From the IMG/VR virus record IMGVR_UViG_3300027986_000001, positions 1 to 64,000 of that record: a DNA stretch of 64,000 nucleotides, one strand, 5' to 3'. Below the pieces are notes generated by a model. It searched no databases. It was not told where the DNA came from and saw nothing but the letters and a program-made list of their open reading frames with translations. Shown here piece by piece: positions 37,434 to 48,500 of the stretch. This DNA is from a virus. Taxonomy: Duplodnaviria > Caudoviricetes. Position 1 is the stretch's first letter; the number at the start of each line of letters is the position of its first letter. Position numbers and translations under genes: made by a program.

Positions 37434-38315
37434 GTGAGTTCAGCCATATCACCAATGGTCAAAACCAAGCGGTGTGGGCACTGCCGGGCGATCTTGCCAC
37501 TTGATAGGTTCACCAAAAATAAGGGAACGGCCACTGGATTGTCTTCGTACTGCAAAGACTGCTCTAGTGATATAAATAAAACCAGACTGCCCCGGCCTTT
37601 CACTGGAAACGGTATGGGCATAAAGATGACGCTCTCCAAGGAGCGTTTCATAAGGGAATACAACAAACACGGGAGGAATCGGTATATTCTTGCAGAAGTC
37701 CTCGGGGTGTCTTCGGGTTGCGTCGGGTTGTGGGCGAAACTTTATGGCCTGACGAGACCAGCCCGGAAGAACATGCTCTCCGATGAGGAATTTGCCCGAA
37801 AATATTTGGAGTTGAACTCCGCTGCGGAGTTGGCCCGGTCTTTGAACGTTACTTTGCAAGCGGTCGTGTGGCGCGTTAAAAGGATCGGTATAGAGATCAG
37901 CGCCGAAGAAAAGCGCAGACGCTGGCAGGAGTCTCATGGGACGAACGGGTCGTACAGGGATAACGGTTACGTATTGCGCTATCGTCCAGAGCACCCATCT
38001 GCCAGTAAGGGTTGCATACGGGTCCACAGACTCATCGTGGAAGAGGCTATTGGCAGGTATCTAACAAGGACCGAGAAGGTTCACCATATTGATACTAACC
38101 GTGCGCATAACGAAGTAAGTAATCTCGCAATCATGAGCAGTAGGGATCATTCAAGGTTGCACCGCACTTATTACAGGCGTTGGCGTTTGTATTCGCAGGG
38201 TACGGCCAGCGAACGTCCCGTAGCTTTTCGGTTTTTAGACCCAGCCTTCTGGGCCGGTAAATGGGTCACCGAAATAGACCTACCAGGAGATCCTTGTGTC
38301 GGTTTACTCGTCTGA
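37434..38315 (+). CDS. HNH homing endonuclease with N-terminal zinc finger
   Basis: KRC..C........F.......GL.SYCK.C; GYV..Y.PEHP...HRLIVE..IGR.L...E.VHHID....N...NL. Confidence 0.88.
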   Translation: MSSAISPMVKTKRCGHCRAILPLDRFTKNKGTATGLSSYCKDCSSDINKTRLPRPFTGNGMGIKMTLSKERFIREYNKHGRNRYILAEVLGVSSGCVGLWAKLYGLTRPARKNMLSDEEFARKYLELNSAAELARSLNVTLQAVVWRVKRIGIEISAEEKRRRWQESHGTNGSYRDNGYVLRYRPEHPSASKGCIRVHRLIVEEAIGRYLTRTEKVHHIDTNRAHNEVSNLAIMSSRDHSRLHRTYYRRWRLYSQGTASERPVAFRFLDPAFWAGKWVTEIDLPGDPCVGLLV

Positions 38316-39495
38316 TTTGTTCACCTTACGGGGGGAGGTTAAATCGGTTAAGCCCTCGGCATCGAAGGAGACCGTGGATAGCGCAATCAATAAGCGCATC
38401 CGCCGTCTCTTCGACCGGCACTCCTGGTCCGACTCGCTACGTATCGGCGTAATCAACCTCGGCAACTCCTACACCACGGGCACGATCAGCTACACCCCCA
38501 ACTCCAATATTGTTACCGGCACTGGAGCCGCTTGGCCGGTCAACGACTGGATAAACACTACGATTTCCGGCGTTAACAACGTCAGCGGAGCCGGAGTGGT
38601 GGATTACGGAGTCAGCAACATCATTCCGGGAGCGATGACTAACATCGCGCCAGGGCAGTGGCTGGTGGTGGATACGGGCGGAAATCAGGAAGTCGTACAG
38701 GTACTGAATGTCTCGACTATTGGCTTCTCGCAGCAATTCTCGGCATTCTTCAAGAAGCCACACGCTAACGGCGTAGCGTTGCAGGCGTCCAGCCTTGCCG
38801 GACAGCAGTTCAAGGCCAATTTCCCGATCTACACAGTGCAGGCTGTCTTCTCCGCTACGTCGCTGCAAATTGACAACCCTTGGCAAGGCCAGCCGCAGAC
38901 GCAGAACAACCTGCCCTACAACATCTACAACGGCTATGTGAGCGTCACGCCAAACACGCGACGCATCATGTTCGCCTGGGACCCGATCCAGGGCCAGCCG
39001 ATAGACATCTGGCACAACCAGCAGGATCTGGCCGTGGAAGACCCACAACGAACAAACGTGGATTCACCGCTATGGTTAGCACAGACGCCGCCGAGTCCGG
39101 TCGGAATCGCGCAGTGGGAAGTCTGGCCCGCGCAGTTCACCAGTTACCAGTTCTCGGTCGTTACCTGCGAGCAGTGGCCTAAGCTCGTGCATGACAACGA
39201 CATGGCACCGGGGTTCATCAACCCTGACGGGATTGTGGCGGGAGCAAGGGCTGACGTACTGCGCATTCCCGTCATCCCACGTGAGGGTAGAACCGATCCG
39301 TATCATAACCCCCAACTCGCCCAGGTGTACGAGGCGGAGTGGGAGTCGATCTACGAGGAGGCGCGGCAGGCCGATGAAGGTCGGGCGAGCACGCTGCTGA
39401 GCAGCTATATGCGATCTCTAGCCGATGGAGTGACGTACAACTTCTTAAGGAATCATCCCGCCGCCACTGCGGACGGGAGTATTTTCAGTTGGTAG
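38296..39495 (+). CDS. head-tail adaptor / tail tubular protein A-like with inserted beta domain
   Basis: IN..IR.......WS N-terminus and helical C-terminus of adaptor proteins. Confidence 0.55.
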   Translation: MSVYSSDLFTLRGEVKSVKPSASKETVDSAINKRIRRLFDRHSWSDSLRIGVINLGNSYTTGTISYTPNSNIVTGTGAAWPVNDWINTTISGVNNVSGAGVVDYGVSNIIPGAMTNIAPGQWLVVDTGGNQEVVQVLNVSTIGFSQQFSAFFKKPHANGVALQASSLAGQQFKANFPIYTVQAVFSATSLQIDNPWQGQPQTQNNLPYNIYNGYVSVTPNTRRIMFAWDPIQGQPIDIWHNQQDLAVEDPQRTNVDSPLWLAQTPPSPVGIAQWEVWPAQFTSYQFSVVTCEQWPKLVHDNDMAPGFINPDGIVAGARADVLRIPVIPREGRTDPYHNPQLAQVYEAEWESIYEEARQADEGRASTLLSSYMRSLADGVTYNFLRNHPAATADGSIFSW

Positions 39496-39539
39496 CTCAA
39501 GGAACTTCGCGGCCTTTTCCAAAAGTTCGGGACCAGGGC

Positions 39540-39920
39540 ATGTCTTCCTTATCCGGCAACACCGAAGAACGAATAGTTAAAGAAGCTGTTCGAGCGTCTG
39601 GCATGCGAGATCTTCAAAATGGCATGAAGCAGGCGGATGTGGCTCGTAAATATTCAATCTCAAGGACGTCCGCACACCGCTGGGCCAGACGACTATCCGA
39701 AGGCAGGTCAGCAACAAGAACGATATCCACAGGAAGGCCAAGCAGGCTTACGAGCGAGCAGCTCCGGGAATTGAAAGGCATGGAATTGTCTGGCCTGAGC
39801 GGTATAGAGATTCGTGATCTGATCGAGAAGCGATTCGGGATTCGCTACCATAGGGACCACGCCATGCGCTTGCGCCACAAGGTGCAGTCAAATAATCCCC
39901 GCGCCCGGCCGGTTCCGTAA
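39540..39920 (+). CDS. IS630-type winged HTH protein without DDE domain
   Basis: G...ADVAR...ISR.S..RW...GRPSRLT.EQ...I...FGI.Y. Confidence 0.7.
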   Translation: MSSLSGNTEERIVKEAVRASGMRDLQNGMKQADVARKYSISRTSAHRWARRLSEGRSATRTISTGRPSRLTSEQLRELKGMELSGLSGIEIRDLIEKRFGIRYHRDHAMRLRHKVQSNNPRARPVP

Positions 39921-39987
39921 CCGTTTCTTCATAGTCAAGAAAATCCTTTACATCAGTCAAGAGATCGGATACGATGAGTCATTCGTC

Positions 39988-41091
39988 ATGCCTCATTATG
40001 ATCCTCCCGCAAACGTCCCCACGGCTCACCTGTCTCATCCGGATCAGCACATACCTTGGAGCCAGTGGTCGGAAGAACAGACTCTGCACATTGTCGTCCC
40101 GTATAGCAACCCATTCCGCTGGCGGACCCGCCGGGAGTTGGTGAATGACTGTATCCGCCACTTGCGGGGTATGGCTAACGTGGATCTGCACGTAGTTGAA
40201 CTGACTTACGGAGACAGGCCGTTCGAGGTCACCGGAGGCAATCCCAATGATGTTCAGCTACGAACCAACTGCGAACTGTGGCACAAGGAGCAGTTGATAA
40301 ATCAGGGCGTAGCGCGCTTCCCGTTCGGCTGGAGGTACGGCGGATATATCGACGGGGATTTTCACTTCACGCGTCACGACATGGCGCTGGAGGCTATCCA
40401 TCAACTTCAGCACTACGATTTCGTCCAATTGTTCAGCTCCTACGCGGACTTATCAGGAGAGACCTACGGCACGGGTCACAGGCCCCTGCGAATCAATAAC
40501 GGATTCGCCTACAACTATATCCAGAGCGGGTATCAACTTCCGCAAGGATTCGTTAACGGAGGATGGAAGGTATCCGGAGCAGACGATGGGTATTACGCGG
40601 CTATGATGGCCGGACCTCCAAAGATGGGCGTAGGTGCTACCGGGGGAGCGTGGGCGTGGCGCAGGTCAGCGTTCGATATCGTGGGTGGCATGCTGGATGT
40701 GTGCGTGTTAGGACACGCGGATTGGTTCCAGACATTTGGCCTTGTCGGTGAAGAAGCCCCTGATATGCACGTCTCCGGCTACACCAAGGACTATATTGGG
40801 CGCATCCGCGCTTGGCAATCCAACGCGGCTAAGCTCAAGAAGAATATTGGGTATGTGGACTGCTTCGCAACGCACAATTTCCACGGGGCAAAATCGAGGC
40901 GCGGGTACTCAAGCCGGGATATGATCTTAGTGAAGCACCAATTTGACCCGTCTACGGATCTGCGGATGGACTGGCAGGGAATTTGGCAGTTGACTCCCGA
41001 CAAGCCAGCATTGCGCGACGATATTCGGCGATACTTTATCAGTCGCTCGGAAGACGACTTAGGTCTATACGGAGACGCAGTAAAATCTTAG
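39988..41091 (+). CDS. glycosyltransferase-like protein (GT-A)
   Basis: SNP...RR, LWHKE.LIN.G, YIDGDF.F, VQLF, G.AWA.RR. Confidence 0.6.
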   Translation: MPHYDPPANVPTAHLSHPDQHIPWSQWSEEQTLHIVVPYSNPFRWRTRRELVNDCIRHLRGMANVDLHVVELTYGDRPFEVTGGNPNDVQLRTNCELWHKEQLINQGVARFPFGWRYGGYIDGDFHFTRHDMALEAIHQLQHYDFVQLFSSYADLSGETYGTGHRPLRINNGFAYNYIQSGYQLPQGFVNGGWKVSGADDGYYAAMMAGPPKMGVGATGGAWAWRRSAFDIVGGMLDVCVLGHADWFQTFGLVGEEAPDMHVSGYTKDYIGRIRAWQSNAAKLKKNIGYVDCFATHNFHGAKSRRGYSSRDMILVKHQFDPSTDLRMDWQGIWQLTPDKPALRDDIRRYFISRSEDDLGLYGDAVKS

Positions 41092-41109
41092 ACAGGAGCA
41101 ATACACAAC

Positions 41110-41898
41110 ATGCTACCGACCTTTCATCATCCCGTCCACGGGCCGATCAAACTCGGCAAGAAAGCACCGCGTATCGACAAGCGCACCCTTAAGTTGGCCA
41201 AGTACCTAAAAGGCGGTCTGCCTGCCGCCCCGGCGGAGGTGAGCTGGATTACCAAGGTTCCGCAACCGTGGAATATGTTTCTTAACGACAAGCTGGGCGA
41301 TTGCGTTCTGGCTGCCTGCGGCCACATGATCATGCAGTGGAGCTTCTTTGCTGGATCGCCGTTTGTCCCCTCTGACGACCAGATCCTGACTGCGTATGAA
41401 GCCGTTGGCGGGTATGACCCCGGAAATCCAAATACGGACAACGGGGCCGATATGCTGACGGCATTGAACTACTGGCGACAGACGGGGGTAGCGGGCCACA
41501 AGATCCTCGCGTTCGCCTCGGTGGACTGGACCAATCGTGACGAAATGCGGGCAGCGATCCAGATATTTGGCAATGTATACCTAGGCGTTCAGCTCCCCCT
41601 GTCGGCACAAGGCAAGCCGCTGTGGACTGTGGCGGATGGCGGCATCTATACGAGCGGCGGCGAGCCGGGTAGCTGGGGCGGCCACTGTATCCCTGTCATG
41701 GCAGAGTCTCCGGAAACGGACTCGGTGATCACCTGGGGCGGGATCACAAAGATGTCGCACAACTTTCTTACGGATTACGCCGACGAGGCTTTTGCCGTTC
41801 TCTCTCCTGAGTGGCTGGCCGCGAACGGACAGTCCCCGAGCGGCCTCGATCTGGATCAGTTGAACCAGGATCTGGCGCAGCTTCCTTCGGCAGCGTAG
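41110..41898 (+). CDS. papain-like cysteine peptidase
   Basis: ND.LGDC..AA..H, GGHC, ITWG motifs. Confidence 0.7.
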   Translation: MLPTFHHPVHGPIKLGKKAPRIDKRTLKLAKYLKGGLPAAPAEVSWITKVPQPWNMFLNDKLGDCVLAACGHMIMQWSFFAGSPFVPSDDQILTAYEAVGGYDPGNPNTDNGADMLTALNYWRQTGVAGHKILAFASVDWTNRDEMRAAIQIFGNVYLGVQLPLSAQGKPLWTVADGGIYTSGGEPGSWGGHCIPVMAESPETDSVITWGGITKMSHNFLTDYADEAFAVLSPEWLAANGQSPSGLDLDQLNQDLAQLPSAA

Positions 41899-41918
41899 AT
41901 CGTGCTACCCTTTTCGGC

Positions 41919-42188
41919 ATGAGCACAGCCAAGCATCCGCCGACTCCGATCAATACGCACGGTACGCAACTAAAGAGTATCGACCATGTGGCGCACCGCG
42001 CCTTAGTCCGCAACCAGGATGAGCGGAATGCCGCCAACAAGTCGGTCTACCGCTACACCATGCCGACTTCGTTCGATCAGGGAGACTACGGGAAGCGGAT
42101 GCGGGAAAACGAGGCCATCCAGCGGATCAAGTCGCGGGGGCTCCACAAGGGCGGAGCCAATTTCGAGCACGAGGATATACTGGGTTAA
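41919..42188 (+). CDS. hypothetical protein
   Basis: Internal ATG of ORF 41811..42188. Confidence 0.5.
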   Translation: MSTAKHPPTPINTHGTQLKSIDHVAHRALVRNQDERNAANKSVYRYTMPTSFDQGDYGKRMRENEAIQRIKSRGLHKGGANFEHEDILG

Positions 42189-42199
42189 GGAGGAATGCC

Positions 42200-42577
42200 G
42201 TGAAACAGTTATTGCTATTAGTCGTTTTTTTACTGGGGGTGCTGGCTGTAATAGTCACCCCGCAGTGGTTTCTTATCGCGCAGGAGAAGCCCCCGTACGA
42301 GCGACCGACTATTGCCTCGATTAAGCTAATGCCAAGCCAGCCTATTGTTGTTGCGGGATGCGTTCCAGGACACGTCGGCGGCTATCTCAGGGTATTCCCA
42401 GATTCCCCGAGAGAAGAACTGGGGCCGTCTTTCAGCGCAGGGGGAGTGATTGACTACCAAGATCCCGATGACGCCGCCGTGGGAAGATACGTCAAGGCGC
42501 AGCTAAAGAAGGGCATCATGGTGACGTTCTACCCGGATAAGGGCGGGATTTTTGTAACCTCGGAGTGTCAGAAGTAG
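42200..42577 (+). CDS. exported/membrane-anchored protein
   Basis: Signal-like N-terminus, AAGGAGG RBS. Confidence 0.6.
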   Translation: MKQLLLLVVFLLGVLAVIVTPQWFLIAQEKPPYERPTIASIKLMPSQPIVVAGCVPGHVGGYLRVFPDSPREELGPSFSAGGVIDYQDPDDAAVGRYVKAQLKKGIMVTFYPDKGGIFVTSECQK

Positions 42578-42693
42578 CGTACAATGGTCCGCGAAGTGTG
42601 ACTCAAGGAAACAGGGCGCTGGGAACCCCGATGTGCAAGTTTCGAGGCAAAATCTAGCGGAGATCGATGCAGCGCCCTGCTAAGCTGTGAGAT

Positions 42694-43335
42694 GTGCCTA
42701 CTGTAACGTTGGCCAATTTGGAGCAGCAAGTTTGGGATAGGTTGGACTCAAATTCAAATTGGTACCCCGAACTCAACGTCCGCTACGCGCTAAATGAGGG
42801 CCTCAAGAAATCCAACCTGATCGTTGGTTGGAACCAAGCCACCATCAACGTCTCTGGAAACTCCGTAGCAAACCAGTATCTCTATTCCACGCCGATCGGA
42901 ATCGTCGTGCCGATGCGGGTTGAGTTCGCGGGCCGTGAGTTGAATCCGGTCGGGCTCAAGAGCCTAACTCGCAAGTACCGCAACTGGATCAGTGACACCA
43001 GCAACCTTATCGGGCCAGTTAAGTATTGGAGCCGAATTGGAATTTCCCAGTTTCTGCTCTATCCGGCGGACTCTATCGGGGGTAGTGTGGTCGCGGTAAC
43101 TGGGATCGCGCCCGTGCCGATGTTAGTGAATCAGGGGGATGTAGTCGATCTGGAAAATCACTGGACGCAGTTGGTGGTTAAGTACGCTGCGGCTCGATGC
43201 CAACTGAAAGATTCGGGGGCCACCTTCTCTATGGCGCAGGGCATCATGAAGCAGGTTATGATTGACCTGAAATTGATGAGCGTATGGAAGAGCATGGAGT
43301 TCCCGCAGGAGTTCGCGCTAAGAGAGGGTCGCTAG
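42694..43335 (+). CDS. tail adaptor (tubular protein A-like)
   Basis: TL..L...V..RL...ALNEG...LYP...LV.YAA. Confidence 0.65.
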   Translation: MPTVTLANLEQQVWDRLDSNSNWYPELNVRYALNEGLKKSNLIVGWNQATINVSGNSVANQYLYSTPIGIVVPMRVEFAGRELNPVGLKSLTRKYRNWISDTSNLIGPVKYWSRIGISQFLLYPADSIGGSVVAVTGIAPVPMLVNQGDVVDLENHWTQLVVKYAAARCQLKDSGATFSMAQGIMKQVMIDLKLMSVWKSMEFPQEFALREGR

Positions 43336-44049
43336 ATGGCCTTGCCTGTAACGGATATTTATAACCAGTTTTGTTACGACGTTGCGGAAGACTACGGAAA
43401 CGGCGCGGGACCGGGGCTCTCCTTGGGCCTGCTCACATTTCAGCAGTGGATCGACCTCCTGAACGAGGTTCTCGTGGACTTCATGAAGCGGACCGGGCTT
43501 GTGAAGCAAATCTATACCCAGGAGATCGTTCAAGGGCAGAACCAGTATACGGTTCCTGACACGATGGCGCTCGTCGAAGCCGCCTACGTCGGCGGCGTAT
43601 ATCTGGAACAGAGCACAACGGAGGATCTGTACTGCCGCTTCAAGAACTGGAAGGTCTTCCAGGACGTTCCGCAGGCGTGGCACGACGATTCTATTCCGAT
43701 AAAGACGGTCGAACTCGCTCCAGTGCCTAGTTTTTCTTCGCCCGCATTCACGCCGCAGTCGGGGGATTGGGCGGTTACGATCGGCGTAACACTGACCCCG
43801 GCAGGAATAGCCAGAGGGCTAACCTTAGTCGGAACTTTGCTGCCAACTACGTTAACGGCCCTAGGGCAGAGCCTGCCTATTCCTGACGAATTCGCGCTGA
43901 CGGCGATAAACTACGGAGTGTTAGCCCGCGTGTATTCCGGTGATAATGAACTGGCAGATCCTGACAAAGCCGCGTTCTGCCTTCAGGAGTATGAGAACAT
44001 GGTAGCCCTCGGGGCCGCCATCGCCAGCGAACTGAACGAAAGCGAGTGA
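43336..44049 (+). CDS. tail adaptor paralog
   Basis: LNE...DF..RT...Y..P...L.PVP...IPDEF...I.YGVLA..Y. Confidence 0.65.
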   Translation: MALPVTDIYNQFCYDVAEDYGNGAGPGLSLGLLTFQQWIDLLNEVLVDFMKRTGLVKQIYTQEIVQGQNQYTVPDTMALVEAAYVGGVYLEQSTTEDLYCRFKNWKVFQDVPQAWHDDSIPIKTVELAPVPSFSSPAFTPQSGDWAVTIGVTLTPAGIARGLTLVGTLLPTTLTALGQSLPIPDEFALTAINYGVLARVYSGDNELADPDKAAFCLQEYENMVALGAAIASELNESE

Positions 44050-44056
44050 GGGTTTA

Positions 44057-44080
44057 GCGGGCGGAATTTCTCCGCCCGCA
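44057..44080. terminator. terminator hairpin between convergent genes
   Basis: GCGGGCGGA-ATTTC-TCCGCCCGC. Confidence 0.7.
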
Positions 44081-44085
44081 TAGCG

Positions 44086-44706
44086 TTATATGCCAAAGAT
44101 AGTCAACGCGGCGTAGACGTTTTTGAGGAGTTGTGGATAGGCGGCGACCTTTGGATCGCGAGATACTTCTTCCACGTACCACCTAATCCGTTTAGGTTTT
44201 TTGCTTGGCGTGTAGCCGTCGATGAGCGTAAACAGTAGGAACAGTTCTATGTCCGCCACGCCGTCTACAACGTTCCGCCGAAACCGTTCTTGGTTGTACT
44301 TTCCTTTGGACTCAACCTGCTTCCATAAGGCATATGGCTCGTCGTGATACTTAACGATATGCAGCAGATCTCTGGCAATTGGATCGTTATTGTCCAGAAA
44401 CTCGGCAAGGAACGCTTGTGCTAGAGACCCGTGGCTCTGTGGGTCTTCGATGGGAGAGTCGCGTTTTGCCCACAACTTGAACGTGTCGTGGGTGTAGATC
44501 AGCAACCGTAACTTCCAGTATTGCTCATCTGAAGACAGAACCCCACGAAGCCTCTCTAGGTTGCTGTCTAACTGATCAATGTGATTAGCAACAGTCCCCT
44601 CTTGGTGCCCCTGACGTGGCTTACCGTATGTGATTCCCTGTTTATAACGAGGGTCCGACAGAACACGGTCGAAAATGCGGGCGTAATCGATGGAGGTGTC
44701 AACCAT
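44086..44706 (-). CDS. HD-domain protein
   Basis: GH.EG.V..H...THDTFK...H...YHD...D. Confidence 0.7.
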   Translation of the reverse strand: MVDTSIDYARIFDRVLSDPRYKQGITYGKPRQGHQEGTVANHIDQLDSNLERLRGVLSSDEQYWKLRLLIYTHDTFKLWAKRDSPIEDPQSHGSLAQAFLAEFLDNNDPIARDLLHIVKYHDEPYALWKQVESKGKYNQERFRRNVVDGVADIELFLLFTLIDGYTPSKKPKRIRWYVEEVSRDPKVAAYPQLLKNVYAALTIFGI

Positions 44707-44977
44707 TATGGCACTCTCCTATCCGATCACGCAGTCCCTTGCCCCTTGGTGGGTCAGGACAGGTCGATACATCTGGGCCATGCGCCCTGCCGCAGTTCGG
44801 GCATTTCCAGCCGACCTGAGGAGATGGCCGCAGTCCGTGAGGTGGTTCGGCATCGAACTGCTTCTGCCGTTCCTTGTAGAACTCAAGTATGGCCTGCCGT
44901 GCGGCTTCCCGTTGCTTTTCATTATCCCCAAAGCCGAGTATACCTATCGGCGGATGACTATCTAGCATGTAGATCAC
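44699..44977 (-). CDS. hypothetical protein with GW.CP.CG...P....C motif
   Basis: Motif. Confidence 0.55.
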   Translation of the reverse strand: MIYMLDSHPPIGILGFGDNEKQREAARQAILEFYKERQKQFDAEPPHGLRPSPQVGWKCPNCGRAHGPDVSTCPDPPRGKGLRDRIGECHNG

Positions 44978-45162
44978 TCCATTCCTGCATCGCCTCAGCG
45001 GCGTGTTTCATGAGGAGATTTGCCAAGTGACGTGCTTGACGTGGAGAAAACACGATATGCCCCACGCCGTTCTCGTCTGGTTTTAGGTCTGGATGATTGA
45101 TGACGATCTCGAATCCGTTGCGGCCAACCTCTAGAACTCCGGCGTCAATGTCCGGTGGTTCT

Positions 45163-45417
45163 TTAAGCGCTGGCACTCGGAGCCTCCGTGAAATCCACGT
45201 AGTAGGACTTTCCAAGTTCCAACTGCTTCCATGCTTCGGGGTTGAGAATGCCAATGTTGATCTGCCCATTCGGCGTCCAGCGAAAGAACTTCTTGTTTTC
45301 CTCGCTGCCATCCGAAACGGCAATCATCTTGATGGATCGTAGTTCCTCAGAATCGGGATTGCGCGTATCACTCTTGCGGGTCTCGTAGCTTTCGACTACA
45401 AACTTTGCTCGTACCAT
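45163..45417 (-). CDS. conserved small phage protein (VRAKF...EN..F...TP.G.I...I.N...YYVDFT)
   Basis: GGAG RBS; family motif. Confidence 0.7.
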   Translation of the reverse strand: MVRAKFVVESYETRKSDTRNPDSEELRSIKMIAVSDGSEENKKFFRWTPNGQINIGILNPEAWKQLELGKSYYVDFTEAPSASA

Positions 45418-45514
45418 TGTTGTTCTCCATAGGATCGGTCGCTGGGTCATTTCATCCCGGTGCCGCCTATGTAGAGAATAACACGCGGCATTGCTACCAT
45501 ATCGCTGAGATCCA

Positions 45515-48500
45515 ATGGCCGAGAAGAGTTTCCCTTTTATACATCGCGGAATTATCACCAGGACGACCACCTCGGAGCTTCCGCAGGGGGCAACTCAGTC
45601 CGAAGCCAATTGCGAATCACTCCAAGAAGGCAGCATCTGTTCCCGCGCGGGCATCCAGAGTCTTGGCAGCTCCTCTGGTCTAAACAGCCCTAGTGTTCGA
45701 AAATTCCGCATCGGCGCAACCGATTCGACAAACCCGCGCTACGTGCTGTCTGCGGCAGGCGGCAGCGGCATGAACCTGTACCGCACGGCTGCGCTGAACT
45801 TCTCCGCCCTGACCAATATTGCCTCGAACGTCAGCAGCACATCCCTGAAGGCCCAGCGGTTCAATCTGGCCTCTTACTCAGCGGGTACTTCGGGCCAACT
45901 GTGGGCCTTCATTTCTACTCCCCTGGCTATGCTCAAAGACCCCTCCCCTGGTACTAGTACCCCGCAGAACTGGGGAATCCTACCGGCCACGGGCGTTGCG
46001 CAGGCGTCGGCCTCGGGGACCGGAGTTCTGGATGGAGGTGCGTCGGGCAGTCCGAGCGGCTCATCGCCCTACGATTACATCTACTGCTACCGGAACAAGA
46101 CCACAGGCAACCAGGGAAACCCGTCGCAAACCATGCTTACGGTCAGTAATGCGACCAACGGGACGCCCGTAGCGGTTCACCTGCAGCAAATCACGGTCAC
46201 GGTCTGGGGGTCCGGGGATGCTCAAATATCCGGCTCTGGCTCCATAGCGATCTACCGGCGCGGCGGCATCTTTACGGATGGTTTGTACCGCTTTGTTGGA
46301 TATGCCACCAATCCGGGATCGGCAACATCCACGACGTTCGTGGATAACGCCTCGGATGTTTCGATTGAGCTCAATCCAACGGTCGAATTCGATAACGATC
46401 CGCCGGTGCCCAGCGGCCTACAGAACCCCTATACCGGAGCCATACAAGCCAATAGCAGCGCCGGGTTCCAGACCGTCACCCTTAGCCCCGCCCTGCCCTC
46501 TGGGCTCACTCCGGGCAGCACAATGTTCTGTGTGGGAAACAAGGCTATCGAGACGGTGATTATTCTCTCGGTCGTCTCCAGTACACAGGTAGAAGCCTAC
46601 TTCCAGTTGAACCACACGTCGGGCGAGATCTTCACAATTGACACGATCTGTAATCAGGCGCTGCCGTATTCGGTCTCGGCCTTCGACTCCATCTTCCTGG
46701 CTGGCGATCCGAACAACCCGCACATACTGTACAAATCCAAGACCGGGATGCCTGAATCGTTCCCGATCGAGGAAGCGGACGGCATCGCTGACGCCATTAT
46801 TGTGGGAAGCCCGGCTAACCCGATCCAGAACATCTGCGAGTTTCGCGACATGGTGGTGTCGTTAAACCTAAACTCGCTCTACGTGGTGCCCGTCATCAGC
46901 GGCCAAATGCTCGCGCCATCGGAAGTTTCGCAGGGGCACGGGCTTCTCGATCCGTGGGCTTGGTGCAAGTCGGATAACGCTATCTGGTACCTGAGCAACG
47001 ACGGCATCTATGAGTTTGACGGAAACAGCTCGCGTAAAATCTCCGAAGCGATCGACCAGCTATTCGTTGGAAGATCGCTTGGTAACTTGCCGCCGATCAA
47101 TTTCAATCCCACGACAACTCTGCCAATCTTCCGGCTGGAGTACTATCACCAGGAAATTTGGTTCTCCTACTTTGCCGTTGGCTTCGGGCAGATCTGTCTG
47201 CGCTATCAGGCTCTGTACAATCGCTGGATCATAGCGGAATTCAACGGCGGCGTGTCCGACCTATGGTTCGAGCCGGACACGGGGAATCTGATGGTCGCCG
47301 GGTTGCTAGGGGGCAACGCCTCCTTTGCCTTCGCCGACAAAGACGGAACCTCGGGGACGACGGATTACTGGAGCACGAACGGGACGGATGGGCAGGCGAT
47401 TCCGGCGCAGTTTAAGACGGGATTCTTCTACCTGGATAGTCCGGCGGTGGACAAGCTATTCCAGGACATCATTCTGGAGTTGGATGCGCCTGCTCCGACT
47501 TCAACATCTAGCTATGTGACGGTCAGCGTCTACTACGACTTCAGCTCTACGGCAGCGGACACATTCACTCTGTCGGACAACGCAACAGCAGGGGTAACGG
47601 GGCGGCACAGGGTGTCCCTGATGAATGCTCTGAGCGGCGGCGTGGGGCAGGGCGTAGAAGCCTATGCTGTTGCGTTCGAATTCATCGTTACCTGTAAGCA
47701 GCGGGTCACCTTTTACTCGCTGACCTTCCAATACGAAATCCTGGCTGAAGCGCAATCTGGCAAGCCGGGCCTGTGGCAAAATCTCGGCCATCCGTACGAT
47801 AAGCGACTACAAGAAGTCACAATCGAATATTCGAACTACGGATTCACAACGCTGACGGCCTACGTGGATATCATGTCGGGCATCAATAGCTTGACCGAGA
47901 CAACGCAGATTGCATCAGCGGTTTTGGCTCCAACCCCCGCAGGAACGCGCGCCCTAGCTACGATCCCACTAGCCGACATCATTTGTAAGCTGTGCCGCAT
48001 CACATACAAAAACAACGAAGGCGCGGCGGTTGTCATCAACGAGAGCAATGTCCTGCGGGTGTACGGAGACCCTAAGTGGTCCGCCGTGAACGATCCTCCG
48101 GATATTTTGGAGCAGACGCAATGGCGCGCGTACGGCCCATGTGAAAGCATTGCGCGTCAGGTGCGCTTGGCGATCGACACCGGAGGAGTTAACTGCACCG
48201 TCGCCCTGCAAGGGGACGGCACTACCCAACAGTCGTTCACCGTCAACGCCACGGACTCCGACAGGAAGCGGTTTTTTTCAACCAATTCAAACCTGATCTG
48301 TCGAATGTGGCGCTACACGTTCACCCCCGGATCGGGAGGCAAGGCCAAGGTATTCGAGAATGAACTAGACGCAATCCCGGAGCCGTGTCCTATAACCTCA
48401 GTTTGGGACAGCTATGAGTTGGTCTTTTCCTACCAGGGATGGAAGGCGATCAAAATTCTCAACCTGCAATGGATTTGCGCCGCTAGCTCAACGCTCTCTA

